Assembly: GCF_006345805.1 (NCBI RefSeq)
Contig: NC_043008.1
Span: 79,728,879-79,792,878 of the forward strand
Length of the DNA stretch: 64,000 bases
Source of the DNA: Octopus sinensis
Taxonomy: Eukaryota
Direction: 5' to 3'
Positions 1 to 11,999 of this stretch are shown here, in pieces; positions within the stretch are counted from its first letter, which is position 1, and each line of letters begins with the position of its first letter. The notes beneath the pieces were generated by a model. It did not search any database. It was not told where the DNA came from and worked only from the letters and a program-made list of their open reading frames with translations. The translations under genes were made by a program, and so were the position numbers.

Positions 1-1185
1 GGTGGGAGCAACGCAGAACCATCGGAAAGGATTTGGTTTTGGCGCAGATTAGTTCAGACCGTTTGCAAGTATGATGCCGTGTGAACGCAGATCTGTTGTT
101 AGCAACAGCGTCAAAACAAGAGAAGCAGAGAGAAGAGAGCTTCATTTGATCCGATGTGTTCATCAAGGTCAGATGACGAGATGGGAAGAACATGTTGCTG
201 AGAGGAAGATAAGTTGGGATGAGATGTGGAAGTGGACGACATCTCGGCTGAGTTTCCTGATTCATTCATCTTATGATGTTTTGCCATCACCTACGAATCT
301 AGTAAGATGGAACGTCTTAGAGAATGACATCTGCAAATGTGGAAAGGTCGGTACACTAAAACATATTCTTTCCAACTGTTCATTAGCATTGAAGAGGTAC
401 ACATGAAGGCACAACTTGGTCCTTAGGGTTATCTTCAATGCTATAAAGAACCAAATTCATCTCAACAACACTGTGGAAAAATCGTTAAAAGTACCATCAA
501 GAGATTTCATTACCTTCGTGCGACCAGGTCAGCGGATCCGTTTCAAGAAGAAGACCAAAAAACTTCCTGAGAAAAATGAAAAGTGGAACGGCTATTGGGA
601 GGTAACTGCAGATTTACCTGGGTGCCAGGTTTTCTTTCCCATCCCAGTTTCAAAAAAACCAGATATTTTGATGTGGTGTGAAAGAAAGAAAGTTGTAAAT
701 ATAGTTGAGCTAACGGTTCCTCACAAAGATAATATGGATGCCGCTCGGGCTCGAAAATTGAACCGTTATGAAAACCTCCTCGAGGAATGTGAAGACGCAG
801 GCTGGAAAGCGGAACATTTTCCTATCGAAGTCGGATGTAGAGGGTTTGTAGGACACAGCGTGAGACGACTGTTGTTATCGCTATGTCTAACTCATCGTAA
901 AGTCAATACCACCATGACTGATATCCAATCTACAGTGGAGAAGGCTAGCCACTGGATTTGGTTAAAAAGAGACGATAAGCGATGGCTAGAAGTATATTGA
1001 GTTCTTCATAACCAGCTGATCTAGCAAGCGGGGCCTCATATCAGTGAGGGGGGGCGGTGCGCATTGATGCCGTCGAGAGGTAGGCCCCGAAACGGTGCGC
1101 ATTCTCTCCTGATGACCCCATACACTTGCTAGCTTCCGATATACGGAGCTTTTAACTGGTAGCACTTGCATGTGCAAGTTGTTTG
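1..1185 (+). mobile_element. HERO-like non-LTR retrotransposon with restriction-like endonuclease (RLE), 3' part; continues left of the window
   Basis: ORFs 71-406 and 416-1000 share a frame and are separated by one TGA at 404-406 in RYT*RHN (expected RYTWRHN). CCHC knuckle CKCGKVGTLKHILSNC, then RLE motifs KKPDIL...ELTVP...RK..RY..L...GW...IEVGCRGF. About 185 nt of 3' UTR precede the start of Gypsy homology. Confidence 0.8.
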
Positions 1186-4029
1186 CAAGACATTTGGGTA
1201 TAATTATTCGGGATCCAGCCATAAGGATTCCATTCTCCACTGATATATCATCATGGATGGCCCAATATTCACGAATGAGGGGCTGCACCTGATGTCTCTT
1301 TTCTGGCCACCCCTGAATCACCATCTGAGTAAGGAGCTGGAGTTCATCTTTGCTGGTCTCTTTGATTTCTGCTAGCTTTGTGTTTGTTACATTTACAATG
1401 TGGTGGACCTTTATACTTTGTCCTTCCATCTCCTGTTTATCATGTGAGGATAGTCTGGAAAGAACATCCGCCAATATCTGGTCTTTTCCTGGCTTGTACC
1501 TGATATCGTAGTCGTATGTTTGAAGCCTTAACAGTAATCTTTGCAGTCTGGCTGGTGCTTTTGTGAGGTTTTTTCTGTGTATTTGTTCTAGCGGGCAATG
1601 GTCTGTTTCAATATTGAAATGTCTGCCATACAGCTATGTATGGAAGTTCCCTTTCAATATTTGCGTACCTTGTCTCTGTGGGTGAGAGAGCTTTCGAGAC
1701 ATATGCAATGGGTTTACCTTCCTGTATCAATGCTGCACCAACTCCTCTCATAGAAGCATCGACTTGGAGTATTACTGGTTTGCGTCTGTCATAGTAGTAC
1801 AGAGTTGTCTCCTTACTGATGAGCTTTTTAATTGCTTTAAAATCCAATCAAACTCTACGTCATATTTGTTTAGTTCTCGGAGATTTGTAGTGTGATCGGC
1901 CAGCTTGGGTATGAAGGCTCCCATGTAGTGGATGAGTCCCAGGAAGCTCCTGAGTTCCTTCTTATCTTTGGGTTCTTTGATGTCTCTGATGGTTTCCACT
2001 TTAGCGGGGTCTGGTTTCACTCCCTCTGCAGAGTATATAATTCCAAAGAATTTGCACTCCTTTTGCTTTTATCACACACCTGTTTGTCGGGTTTTCTCCA
2101 TAGCTTCATGTAAATTGAAGTCATGTATGCACTTGGATGTCTGCTATTCCAATTGCTCCCTTGCAGCCTTGGTAGGTCTCATCTATTTGGTGCTGGAAAA
2201 CATCTTGGCTCACCTTCAATTCAAATGGGAGTCGGTTGAATCGGTATCTGCCAAATGGTGTGTTGAAGGTAGTGAGCATGGATGACTCTTTGTCTATCTT
2301 TACATTCCAGTACCCAATACTGGCATCCAGTTTGCTGAATAATTTGGATCCAGCTAATGATGGTGTGATTTCTTCAAGGGTTGGAATTGGATGGTACTCT
2401 CTTTTTAATGCCTTGTTCAGGTCCCTTGGGTCGAGGCATATCCGTAGGGTACCATTGGGTTTTTCTTTGATTACAATTGAATTCACCCAGTCTGTTGGTC
2501 GTGTCACTTTGGTGATTATTTCTTTTTTTTCCATTCTGTCCAACTCTGTCTTAAGTTTCTCTTTTAATTCTAATGGAACGCGGTGAGGTGGGTGAACAAT
2601 TGGTTTGGCATTGGGGTCGACTGTTATATGGTATCGACATTTCACAAAACACCCGACTGTATCGTCAAAGCAATCTGGGTACATGCTTATCAGTTCTTCT
2701 TTATTTGTGATTGGTGGTCGGTCTTTGATATGTCAATCCCGCTCGGAACTGCCTTCACTTCACCATTGATTGACACAATATTAAGCTTTTGACAAGAATT
2801 GCTGGTCCTTCTGACATTAAAAGAACACTTGATTATTTTTCCTTTGTGAGTCCCTGTGATTGTTGTTTTGCCCAGTTGTGGAATCCTGGTCCCATCATTT
2901 GGTGTGAGGATTCCTTCTTTGACTTTAACCTCTTGTGTCATGTGTTCTGGGAACATCTTTTTGTAGAGGTTGACAGGCAAGATATCACACTGGGCTCCAG
3001 TGTCAATCTTTTAGCCTTAAGTCAATGTCTATTCGTTTCTTGCCTGACTTCTTTTGTATTTGTATTGTTGTGTACGCCTAATTTTTTTTCTGGTTGTCAT
3101 TTCCCATCTCATGCACATTTATTGTGCCGACTGCCAAGAATTCCTCCTCTGAGGGTTTTTGTTCCTGTTGTTGGGCATGTATATCTCTTTGTCTTCTCTT
3201 CCCGTTCCTCTTTGAAAATTGGGGCTTGTATTTCTGAGATTTTGTTAGTCTACACATTTTTTTCCAGTGGGTGGGTTTTCCACATGCTTTGCAGGACATT
3301 TCTTCCGGTTATTGAACTCATGCTCCATACCACAGTATTGGCATGTTCTTTGCGGGTATGTTTCGTCCTGTGCCTAGATACAATATCTACACTGCTGCCT
3401 ATTGTGTTTGTTTGTGAAGTAAGTGAGGACATTTGTTTGGCTTCGAATGCTCTTGCAGTGTCTACTGCTTCTATTAACTGGAGAGCGTCCTTACCTATGA
3501 GGGATTTCTGGACTTCTTTATGAGCACATCCCCATATTAGTTGATCAACAATCCGTTCGTCGTTGTCTCTGAATTTGCAACATTCTTTAGTCTGGACAGG
3601 AAGTTGTCAATCGTTTCTTGTGGGTCTTGTTTCAGGCCTTGGAATTCCTATCTATGAATTCTATGGTTTGATCTGGGCTCCAGGTGCCTTTCAAATTTCT
3701 CTAAAAGTGTATCTGGGGTTATTGCAATCCGATTCTGACATGTCCTAGCTATTGAATAGGTCTAGGCCCTTCTCTCCCGTCCATAAAAGAATGTAGTTTA
3801 CCTTTTCATTGGCAGTTGTACCTTTCAGGAAGCTTTTGAAAGCCAGTTGAGTTTTCTGTTTGAACTTCTTGAACGCTTCCACGATATCATCGGCGTCCAA
3901 GTTCATGGTCGGATGTAGATTCATCTGTACGGCGATAGGGGCCGCCATTTTGGATCCTCGTGTGTGTCCCCGAAGACGACGCGATATTCAGGTTTGTTGT
4001 AAAGGCACAGTTTTCGATTAATTATTTAT

Positions 4030-4040
4030 CGCTACCACCA
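4030..4040 (-). promoter_or_regulatory. Primer-binding site TGGTGGTAGCG, compatible with tRNA-Leu 3' end
   Basis: Immediately follows the LTR's terminal CA. It is complementary to a tRNA-Leu 3' end (CGCUGCCACCA) with one G-U pair; tRNA identity is from recall. Confidence 0.65.
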
Positions 4041-4271
4041 TGTTGTGCATTCTTTCGTTCGTGATGGGATGATAGACAACTCACTGAAGGCATTGTTATG
4101 GTTTTACGTGTTTATTTTGCTTAGCCTGTTATGAACCGTCTATGTACTGTGGAGTAATACACATGGTGCGTATCCGCCTTAGACCCAGTTCATACTGTTT
4201 ACTAACAATATAGTGCCAATAGTGGGGATGTATTCATACATACGTATACACATAGATATGAACGTGTAACA
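4041..4271 (-). repeat. 5' LTR (231 bp) of the Gypsy element
   Basis: On - it begins TGTTACA (4271-4265), ends CACAACA (4041), contains AATAAA (4111-4116) and abuts the PBS. Confidence 0.75.
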
Positions 4272-4810
4272 CGGCACATCCCCACACTCACTTCTTTTCA
4301 CCAGCTTGTTCATCAGTCACAATGTATGTATGTATGAATGCATGTATGTACGTAAGTATGTATTCTGCATATTCATGTGTGTGTATGTGTGTGAGTGTAC
4401 GTCTGCTTCCTTGCGTGTGCGTGAGTGTCTATGTTTATGAGTTTGTGTGATTATGTACGTGCGTGTTATGTATGGCTGTGTCTGTGTGTATGCGCGTGTG
4501 TTTCTGTCTCTTTTCGCATGAATGCATACATGTATATGCACGCGCGCTAGGGACCAGTGCAGAATGACACTGGAATGATTGTTGTGCTAATAAATACTTC
4601 TAGATACACTCCTAATATTCCTTAAGCATTAAAAAAAAATATATATAAATATATGTGTGTGTATTTGTATATGTATGTATAAGTAATATTCGTCCCTACT
4701 TTAACATAGCTGTCCGTTTGAACGGATTTTTTGAACATCACCTCTAGCTGGTTAACGATGCATGGATTGCGAGCAAGGGAGCGAACTCCGTCCACATTCC
4801 AGCGACTGGA

Positions 4811-4861
4811 CCAATAGACTAGTTCTCGTTTCAGGCCATTTCTACCAGTCCTCAGTACTGG
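4811..4861 (-). ncRNA. Type I hammerhead ribozyme motif
   Basis: Minus strand reads CCAGUA-CUGAGGA-CUGGUAGAAAUGGCCU-GAAA-CGAGAACUA-GUC-UAUUGG: full core, GUC triplet, 6-bp stem I, imperfect stems II and III. Confidence 0.7.
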
Positions 4862-4893
4862 ATACCTCGTCTGCTAGAGATGGTAGCAACTCG

Positions 4894-4941
<48 letters not shown>

Positions 4942-5188
4942 CAAAGGAACACACAGTTGCTGATTTTGCAACAAGCAAAAATTCTAGTTCTAAAATCTCC
5001 TTAAGAGATTAACATAGTAGTTGTATCTACCACTTTAACATGGCTGTTTGTTCAAACGGTCTCTACTGCGATGTTTTTTAACCCTAAGAGGACATCTTAT
5101 AGTAATTGTCAGTAAGTGACATCCTATAATTTTTATAATTGCATGCGAGAAAGAGGGGTCACCATCTGGTACGTAAACAATGATATGC

Positions 5189-6560
5189 TCACAGGTGTTG
5201 AAACAACTGAGATAGATGTTGATGATGATGATGTTCATAAGCAAAAACAAAATTCAATCCACATATGACTTCGTTGATGAAACGCTGGAATGTACTGGCA
5301 GTATTTCTCAGACCAAAAGGCATAGACAGGAATTCGAATGAACCAAACGGAGTGGTTACGGCAGTTTTAGATACTTCCAGGTCCATCGAGATTTGGTGAT
5401 ACGCACGTACCAGATCCACTTTGGAAAATATAGTGTAACCATGGAGTAAATGAGAGAAGTCCTTTAAGTTAGGTAGGGGACAATGATCGGGCGTGGTGAT
5501 AGCATTAAGTCTCCTGTAATCACCAATGGATCTAAAATCCGCTTCACCCATCTGAGCTAAGTGTAGCGGAGATGCCCAAGGGCTAGTAGGACATATAAGA
5601 CTGAGCTGGAGCATGTGCTCGAATTCAGCCTGTCTGGGTAGGCTTCAATGAGAGATCCATTAACTCGGGGAAATGAGGCAAGAATATGGAACTGGTTACT
5701 GGTAGCAGCTACAAAAAACGATGGGCTGAGGATAACAGCGGTAGATTCACATGCAGGCGTGGATAAAGATGTGGTAGTATCAACAAGTCTCTGTTTTCTG
5801 ACATCTACCAGAAGTGAATAGTGGTCTAAGTCTGCCCCGAGGATAGTATGAGGCAGGTCAGCAATGACAAAATTCCATTTGAAATCTCGATGCAAGGCAA
5901 GGTCTAGAGTTAAAGATACCTAACCGTAGGTTATGTTGGAAACTGGTTCACCGCAAGGAAATATTGAATAACTGTGGCTTGTTAGAGCTGAACCGTAATG
6001 GCAAAATACTGCAACTTGATCCTGTATTGAGCATGAACGACCTGTTTGAGACTAGATCCCTAATGAAGAAAGCACAATAAGCTGAAAAGTTGTGAGAGAG
6101 GTCTGACATGCCCAGGTTCACTAGGTTCAGTTTTCCGACACTTTAAAAGTACAAGGCTTGTTACAATGACGTGCATGGTACCAACACACCGAAGAATTGT
6201 TGATTGAAAAACTGTTACATTGTCGAGAAGAGAAAGAACGGCTTCACGAATGCTGTCTAACATGGCAGAATTGAGCTATTTGGCGATAGCCTTCAACATG
6301 GTGTCTCCATTTTTATTATCAGGCTGATGTCAAGATGATGAAGCAATAACCGAATCAGCCCTAGTGGGTCTGCGAGAGAATTCCATTATTCTATCTGCAG
6401 ATGAAGCGATTTAATCTATAGAGTTGGTGTCAACCATATTCGCCAATACCGTCTGTACATTAGTTGGTAAGCGAGAAAAAAAAATTTTTTTACAAAGAAG
6501 CTATCCTCAGGTGTATCATCACTGAGTTCTCGGATCCACCTAGGCATTGAGTCTCCTGTG
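5189..6560 (-). mobile_element. Decayed Gypsy gag-protease-RT fragment
   Basis: SPWASPLH..., GDYRRLNAITTPD..PLP, FSKVDLVRAYHQI, TPFGSFEFLSMPFGLRN; protease-like FKWNFVIADLPHTILGAD; gag remnant ADRIME near 6390. Many frameshifts. Confidence 0.8.
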
Positions 6561-7586
6561 CATTGTTATGCCCAATCATTACCCTCTACCCAATTTCTTT
6601 TTTTAAAATCAGAATACATCATTTGTGAGTTAAAGTACTAGTGGCATAATTGCTACATTTAATTACTTTATTCTGACTTCATTGCAGTGAACAAAATATT
6701 TAAACCAGTTGACTGCCTACCTTTAGTTAAAATAGTTGATGGTGAAATTGTCAACTATTTTGAGATGATATAGACATCACTCCACTTACAAGAGGATTTT
6801 ACTAACCACTTCCAGAATGTACTGGGTACTTTTTTCAGGACACCAGGTAAAAGCAAAGTTGGAGCATAATGGAATAGATTTGTAACAGGATGGTAGCAGA
6901 GAGAGTAACAAAGAGGAGGGAAAGAAAATTAATATTAGGGATCAGAAGCAGTGCTAGGGAAAGAGAAGTTGTGACAGTGGGTTAGTGGAATAGAGAGTGA
7001 TAAGGATGATGGAGGTGGGTTGAGTGGGAAGAGAGAGATAAAGTGATGGTGAGAAGCCAGTGCATCCCCAGAGAAGGTGAGAAATGTCTGCCAGAGTACA
7101 ATCCCTCTCCACTCGAGGATCCTAATTTAGAAAGATGACAAGTGTATAACAAGATATGGATGACAGAGTTAAAAGGTTAGGAATGTATAAAATGCCTCCA
7201 TCAAGTACTTCCCTCTCGATTATAGGTGGTATGGTAAAGTGAGCAGAAGAGGTGATGTGGAGATGAGATAGATTAAGTATAGTGAGTAGAAATACTGAGA
7301 CATGAGGATACAGAATAGGCAATAATCATGTGTTTTCCTAAGCTTACATAAGATGTCATATCTACTAACATCATGTTTCCATAGCTGACATAGTTCTCCA
7401 CCATCACCTTCATCAGATATCACACCTTCAGATAATTTTTAACTTCATCCTAAGTCTTCCTCTCACATGCAGCTGTTATCTTTCATTCGCCTCATATGCC
7501 CATACTACCTGATTCCCTTTACACTCCTGTTTGTCTCAGTTCATTTATATTTCAGTGTACTGATATGGTGCATGCTCACCTCATTT

Positions 7587-8076
7587 AATAATAATAATAA
7601 TAATTGTGTACAGTGCTCAGGTGCACTACAACTCATCTAAAGTGTATATATAATCAGGTGTAGTTTCGGCGGATTTCGGAAAGCATGAGGGCCTTAAAAG
7701 ATGCAGTGTCATGGCAGTCAACAACTGACGCAGGCAGTTTATTCCATGCTTCAGCAACTCTGAGCGTGAAAAAATGTTTCCGAAAGTCATGGGAGCTGTA
7801 TTGTTTTCTGACTTTGTAGGCATGTCCACGTGTGTTAGACACATGGAGATCAAAAAGGTGTTCAGTGTTGTTGTTGGTGAGGTGGTTGATAACTTTGTGG
7901 GTGTTTACCAAGTCCGTCGCCAAACGCCGGAGCTTCAGTGAATCCATGCCTAGGGAAACAAGGCGCTCAGAATATGGTAGGTGTCTGATGGAGAGTATGC
8001 GTTTGGTTGCACGTCTCTGGACAGATTCCAGGAGGTCAATGTTCTGTGCAAGATAGGGGTTCCAAACTGATAGGGG
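7587..8076 (-). mobile_element. 5'-truncated CR1-clade LINE 3' end with (ATT)n tail
   Basis: SVWNPY...IDLLESVQRRATK...YSERL..LG..SLKLRR...TRGH.YK...RKHFFTLRV..AWNKLP; (TAA)n on + at 7587-7604. Confidence 0.85.
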
Positions 8077-8104
8077 TTCTTTCTAGTTGTAGCAGATCCT
8101 TCAT

Positions 8105-8800
8105 ATTTTAAGGCTGTGCAGCAACACACTTCACACATAAGCATGATACAATCAGCTCTTCAACATCCATACATTTAAAAGATAATGTTCCCCAAGAGCT
8201 CTTAGTGCACCTGCTGCACGTAAAATCTACCTTCTGCAAACAAAGCAGGGCTATGCCCCTGGTGCTATCTTCCTTGCTATTTACTAAAACTTTTATTTTC
8301 ACTAAGTTTACTTTAAGGTCCTTCAATTTTAGGCTGTGTTTCCATATCTGAAACTACTGTTTCAATTCTTCTACTGATTCTGCTATAAGGATTACTGTTA
8401 TCAGTATACAGTTCCTATGAATAACCAGTATTAAATTCCTGTTATGGTTTGAAGGACTATGATAAATGGGAAAAGATTAAGTATTGAGCACTGAAGGCTT
8501 TTTCGAGAGTGATAAATGCTTGATATAGGGCTTTACTCCTAGCCATATACTTCTCTTGCAGTTGTCTCACAAAGAATATGGTATTAATGGTGCCTCTTCC
8601 TGTGACAGAGCCCAACCGCATTTCATTCAAGCTAATCTTTCTCTAATCAATTTTGCAATAACCATTTCTTTAACCTTCATAACCTGATTCCAACAGTACA
8701 TTTTTATCTTTGTAGCAGTTTACGATACTACAGCACTAGTCATTGAGTATGACACAGTAAATATTCCTGATGGCCCAGCTGCATTCATGCCCTTTGTTAA
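8105..8800 (-). mobile_element. Decayed RTE LINE fragment
   Basis: LKVNLVKIKVLV and Cys-rich segment homologous to the better-preserved RTE copies at 42335-43945 and 12000-13330. Confidence 0.6.
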
Positions 8801-10132
8801 TCTATGTACTATAGCCAGTTTAGTTACCGTTTGTCTACCACTACTTTTGTAATGGTTTCCCATTTGGAAATAGATAATAAATATTTTTAACTTTTGAAGT
8901 AGGAATCTATATTGATAAACACGTCACTTATAACTTACTTATAAGTGTTATCATTATATATAAATCCTTAGCGAGAAATATATACTCTGAAACGCTAACG
9001 GACATGTATGTATGTTGAAGATAAATAAATTTGTGTTAACCGCTATAAAAAAAATACAGTTTCATAATTGCAGAAAGAGAAAATAATTACTACATTAGTT
9101 TATTTATGTATATTTAGCATTTACAGTAAAGTCATTTTGTCGTAGAGAGTTACGACTTAAAATTCACACTAGCTAATCCTTCATACTAACTACTAGAGTT
9201 CATAACAATTCAAATAAGTCTTGTTGGATTTAAGTCATAGACATGGCATAAAAAATAGCCAATATCTCAAGGAGTGAGTGTCGTGGAGTTTAGTAACATC
9301 CTACAATCACAGTAATTTCCCAAAAATCAGGGTTTTTATAACTGCTCATGTCCGAATTCTAAGACCTGCATTTTGTGAAAGATTTCTTTGAAGAAAGTTT
9401 AGAATTCATATATGGGCAGTAATTTTAATTATCCTTGTTTGGCTAAATGACCATTACGTCATATTGCTGCCTTTTATGACTTGCTACAGTACCATACTTA
9501 GATAGCTAGATTCCCTGTTGGGTTTACATGAAATAGATTCTCTCTTCACCATGCATTCTTTCTTATCTATGTCAATGAGAGCTAGTGTTACTCATTTCAC
9601 TCTATACACACTTTTCCCCATCTCAATTTTTTTAGTACTCTAACAAAGCAAAACACCCCAAACCACAGATTCTCATGTCATAGAACATACTTCTTTGCCT
9701 CTCTCTTTGCTAAGTGTACCTTATAGTTTCTTTTTGATCTTTTCTGCTTGGCTTTCACATTTTTGGAATTTTGGTATATTGATGTAATTTCTTACACTGA
9801 AGCTGATGTTATTCACTTGTTCCAGAAACATTTTAGGAAAATGTTACAGAGGCTTAAAGTTTGACGATTTTTACCCAATCAGAAAACATGATTTGGAAGC
9901 TGGCATTCTCTGCATGCTAACAAAATGAAAGCAATATATTATGACGAAAGTTCTTATACATTTTGATGTTTTAGTAAATTTAAATGAATGAAGTGAAACA
10001 TTGGAATAGGCAATATAAAAAGGAAAAATCATTAATGAAATTATCAATAAAATTTTTTTGCAAAAATAAAAAAAAATGGTATATTACTACTGTAGTTCAG
10101 TGAAAATTCAACAATGAAAGTTTCAGCTACAC

Positions 10133-10210
10133 TAGGGTTAGAACTAAGGCTTAGGGTTGGGGTTTATGGTTTGAGTTAGGGTTTAGGATTCAGTCCGACC
10201 TGGGGTTAAT
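10133..10210 (+). repeat. Degenerate interstitial TTAGGG-like repeat
   Basis: ctagggttag...ttagggttggggtttatggtttgagttagggtttaggatt. Confidence 0.5.
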
Positions 10211-10599
10211 CAATTAGTAACATTTTTCTACAGCAAATGAATAACAAAATCAGATTCAGTGTGAAAAATTACATCAGTATACCAAATTTGAGAAAAACAA
10301 TTAATGCATTATTCATAGTGTAAATTCAATCTTTAAGTAACAGTTTGGCTTGTTACTATTAAAACAAGCACCAATGGTTTACAATTGGCTAAAATTACCC
10401 TAAATTTTAAAAGCTATTAAGTTTTTATTTATTAAGCTAAAGCAAAAATGAATTTCATTTTCATAATTAGCATACAAAACTACATCAGTACACCAAATTT
10501 GAAATTAATTCGAACAAAATTAAAGGTGTTGGAAAGTGAAAGCCAAACTGAAGAGATGTTTTCTGTTGCCCCCCCCCCTTTCTCTTTCAATTTTCCCTA

Positions 10600-11420
10600 G
10601 CTTGTCTCTTTGCTGTTATGGCATTGTCAACAATATTGCTCTACCACCAAATCACTCTATATTTGGTTGGGACCTAGCACCAGTCTATAGCTCCCGGCAG
10701 ATTGTTCCTTGAATACTGCCAATTTTGTTCTGTTATAAGTTTCTATTTCCTCCTGCTAAGAGCATCATTTAATAACTCTAAATCTATGATCCTTCAAGTT
10801 CCAGGTTTTTCTTCTCCAAATCATCTTTTGTCTCTGAGTCAGTAAGTCTTTACTTTGAATTCAGTAATCAATAGTATCTGCTGGGAGGTACATTCTTTAC
10901 TTAAGACTTTCCATTTAGTCATTTGCCAGCCCTGCTTTCTGGTGAAAGTAAAATCTATCTAGCTTGTTTGTTCACCTGACTGATTGATTTACTGAAGTTC
11001 ATATATAGAGAGTGAGATCATTTGCATCACAGAACTCTTGAAGTCGTAACCCCTCCTCATTTAGTCCAGAAAAGGCACCATGGTGTTGTTCAATATGGCC
11101 ATTAAAATTGCCAGCTATGATAATGAAGTCTGTTATCAAAGTAATCTGCAGAAAGTCATCATAAAAAGCTTGTCTGTTTATGTACTAGTCCTGTGGAGGT
11201 AATGTCAATTATTTTGTCAATGGTTAGTCAAATAATTCTATCATACTACCTGATCATCTCGATTATCTATCTCTGTTTCTTCTAACAGAATGCCAAATTA
11301 ACCCACCATGTCATTCTTATCAATTCAGCAGAATTTGTGCACCTATTTCTGCAAGCTTACCTGATCTCCCTCTCATTATGCAGACTCGGAGGGTGGCTGC
11401 CCTAAAGTTTTGGATCTAAA
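10600..11420 (-). mobile_element. Decayed RTE AP-endonuclease relic
   Basis: Frameshifted motifs IIAGNFNGH, GLNEEG.RL.EFCDANDL on the minus strand. Confidence 0.55.
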
Positions 11421-11793
11421 ATGAAGTGTTGGCAACAGGATTCCAGTAAACTTACCATCTTTTGCGTGCCTGTATTAAAGTTTTGCATGAATTCACACCC
11501 TTTCTGTACATAGTCAAAGATATTTCTCTAAATGTTTGATTTGCTGTTTATTCCACCATTCATTGATAAGCCACCACATATAATCAACACAATGGGTGCC
11601 AGCCATTGTCCGAAAGGCATGTATATAAACTACATAGAATCTCGCTTACTGATCTGAATGTATGGTTGTAAGGAGGTACATGTGTAGAAGGCCTGTGAAA
11701 ATATACATATATATATGCACATTCATGCATATGTACAAAGTAAAATATGTATAAAAAACATTATATACAAACGCACACATATTTGAAAAAATG

Positions 11794-11904
11794 AATAGGA
11801 ATGGCTTTTCTGATAATTACATGTTTATAAATGATTAAATAACTAATGATTTATAAACATCTAATTATTAGAGTGGAAAAATGATCAGAAAAGCCATTCC
11901 TATT
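11794..11904. repeat. 111-nt hairpin with 21-bp perfect outer and 12-bp perfect inner inverted repeats
   Basis: aataggaatggcttttctgat (11794-11814) / atcagaaaagccattcctatt (11884-11904); atgtttataaat (11821-11832) / atttataaacat (11849-11860). Confidence 0.85.
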
Positions 11905-11999
11905 TTCTTCAAATATATAACACTGTACTTTCTATCTCTAATTCTACTTTATACACACACACACATACAAATATAGAGCTATGAAGGCTGGGAGATTAT

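Larger units (their letters stand above)
1186..4271 (-). mobile_element. Gypsy (Mag-like) LTR retrotransposon, 5' LTR-gag-protease-RT-RNase H, frameshifted, cut before integrase
   Basis: gag starts at 3948 (MAAPIAVQ...). RT 2121-2684 (WVNSIV, RICLDPRDLN, FSKLDA, TPFGRYRFNRLPF). RNase H pieces 1608-2020 (LQVDASMRGVGAAL, YANIERE). Connection region ADVLSR...GWP...GSRIIIPKCL ends near 1190. Confidence 0.9.

Noticed and set aside
1082-1120. GAAAC followed by CTGATGA in the HERO 3' UTR as a type II hammerhead
   Set aside because: Stem II would need CCCC to pair with CCCC, and no valid stem III or NUH triplet forms. Kept only as a structured UTR.
2789-3523. 244-aa plus-strand ORF and other antisense ORFs over retroelement genes
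   Set aside because: They are shadow frames opposite gag, pol or LINE coding sequence with no independent motifs.
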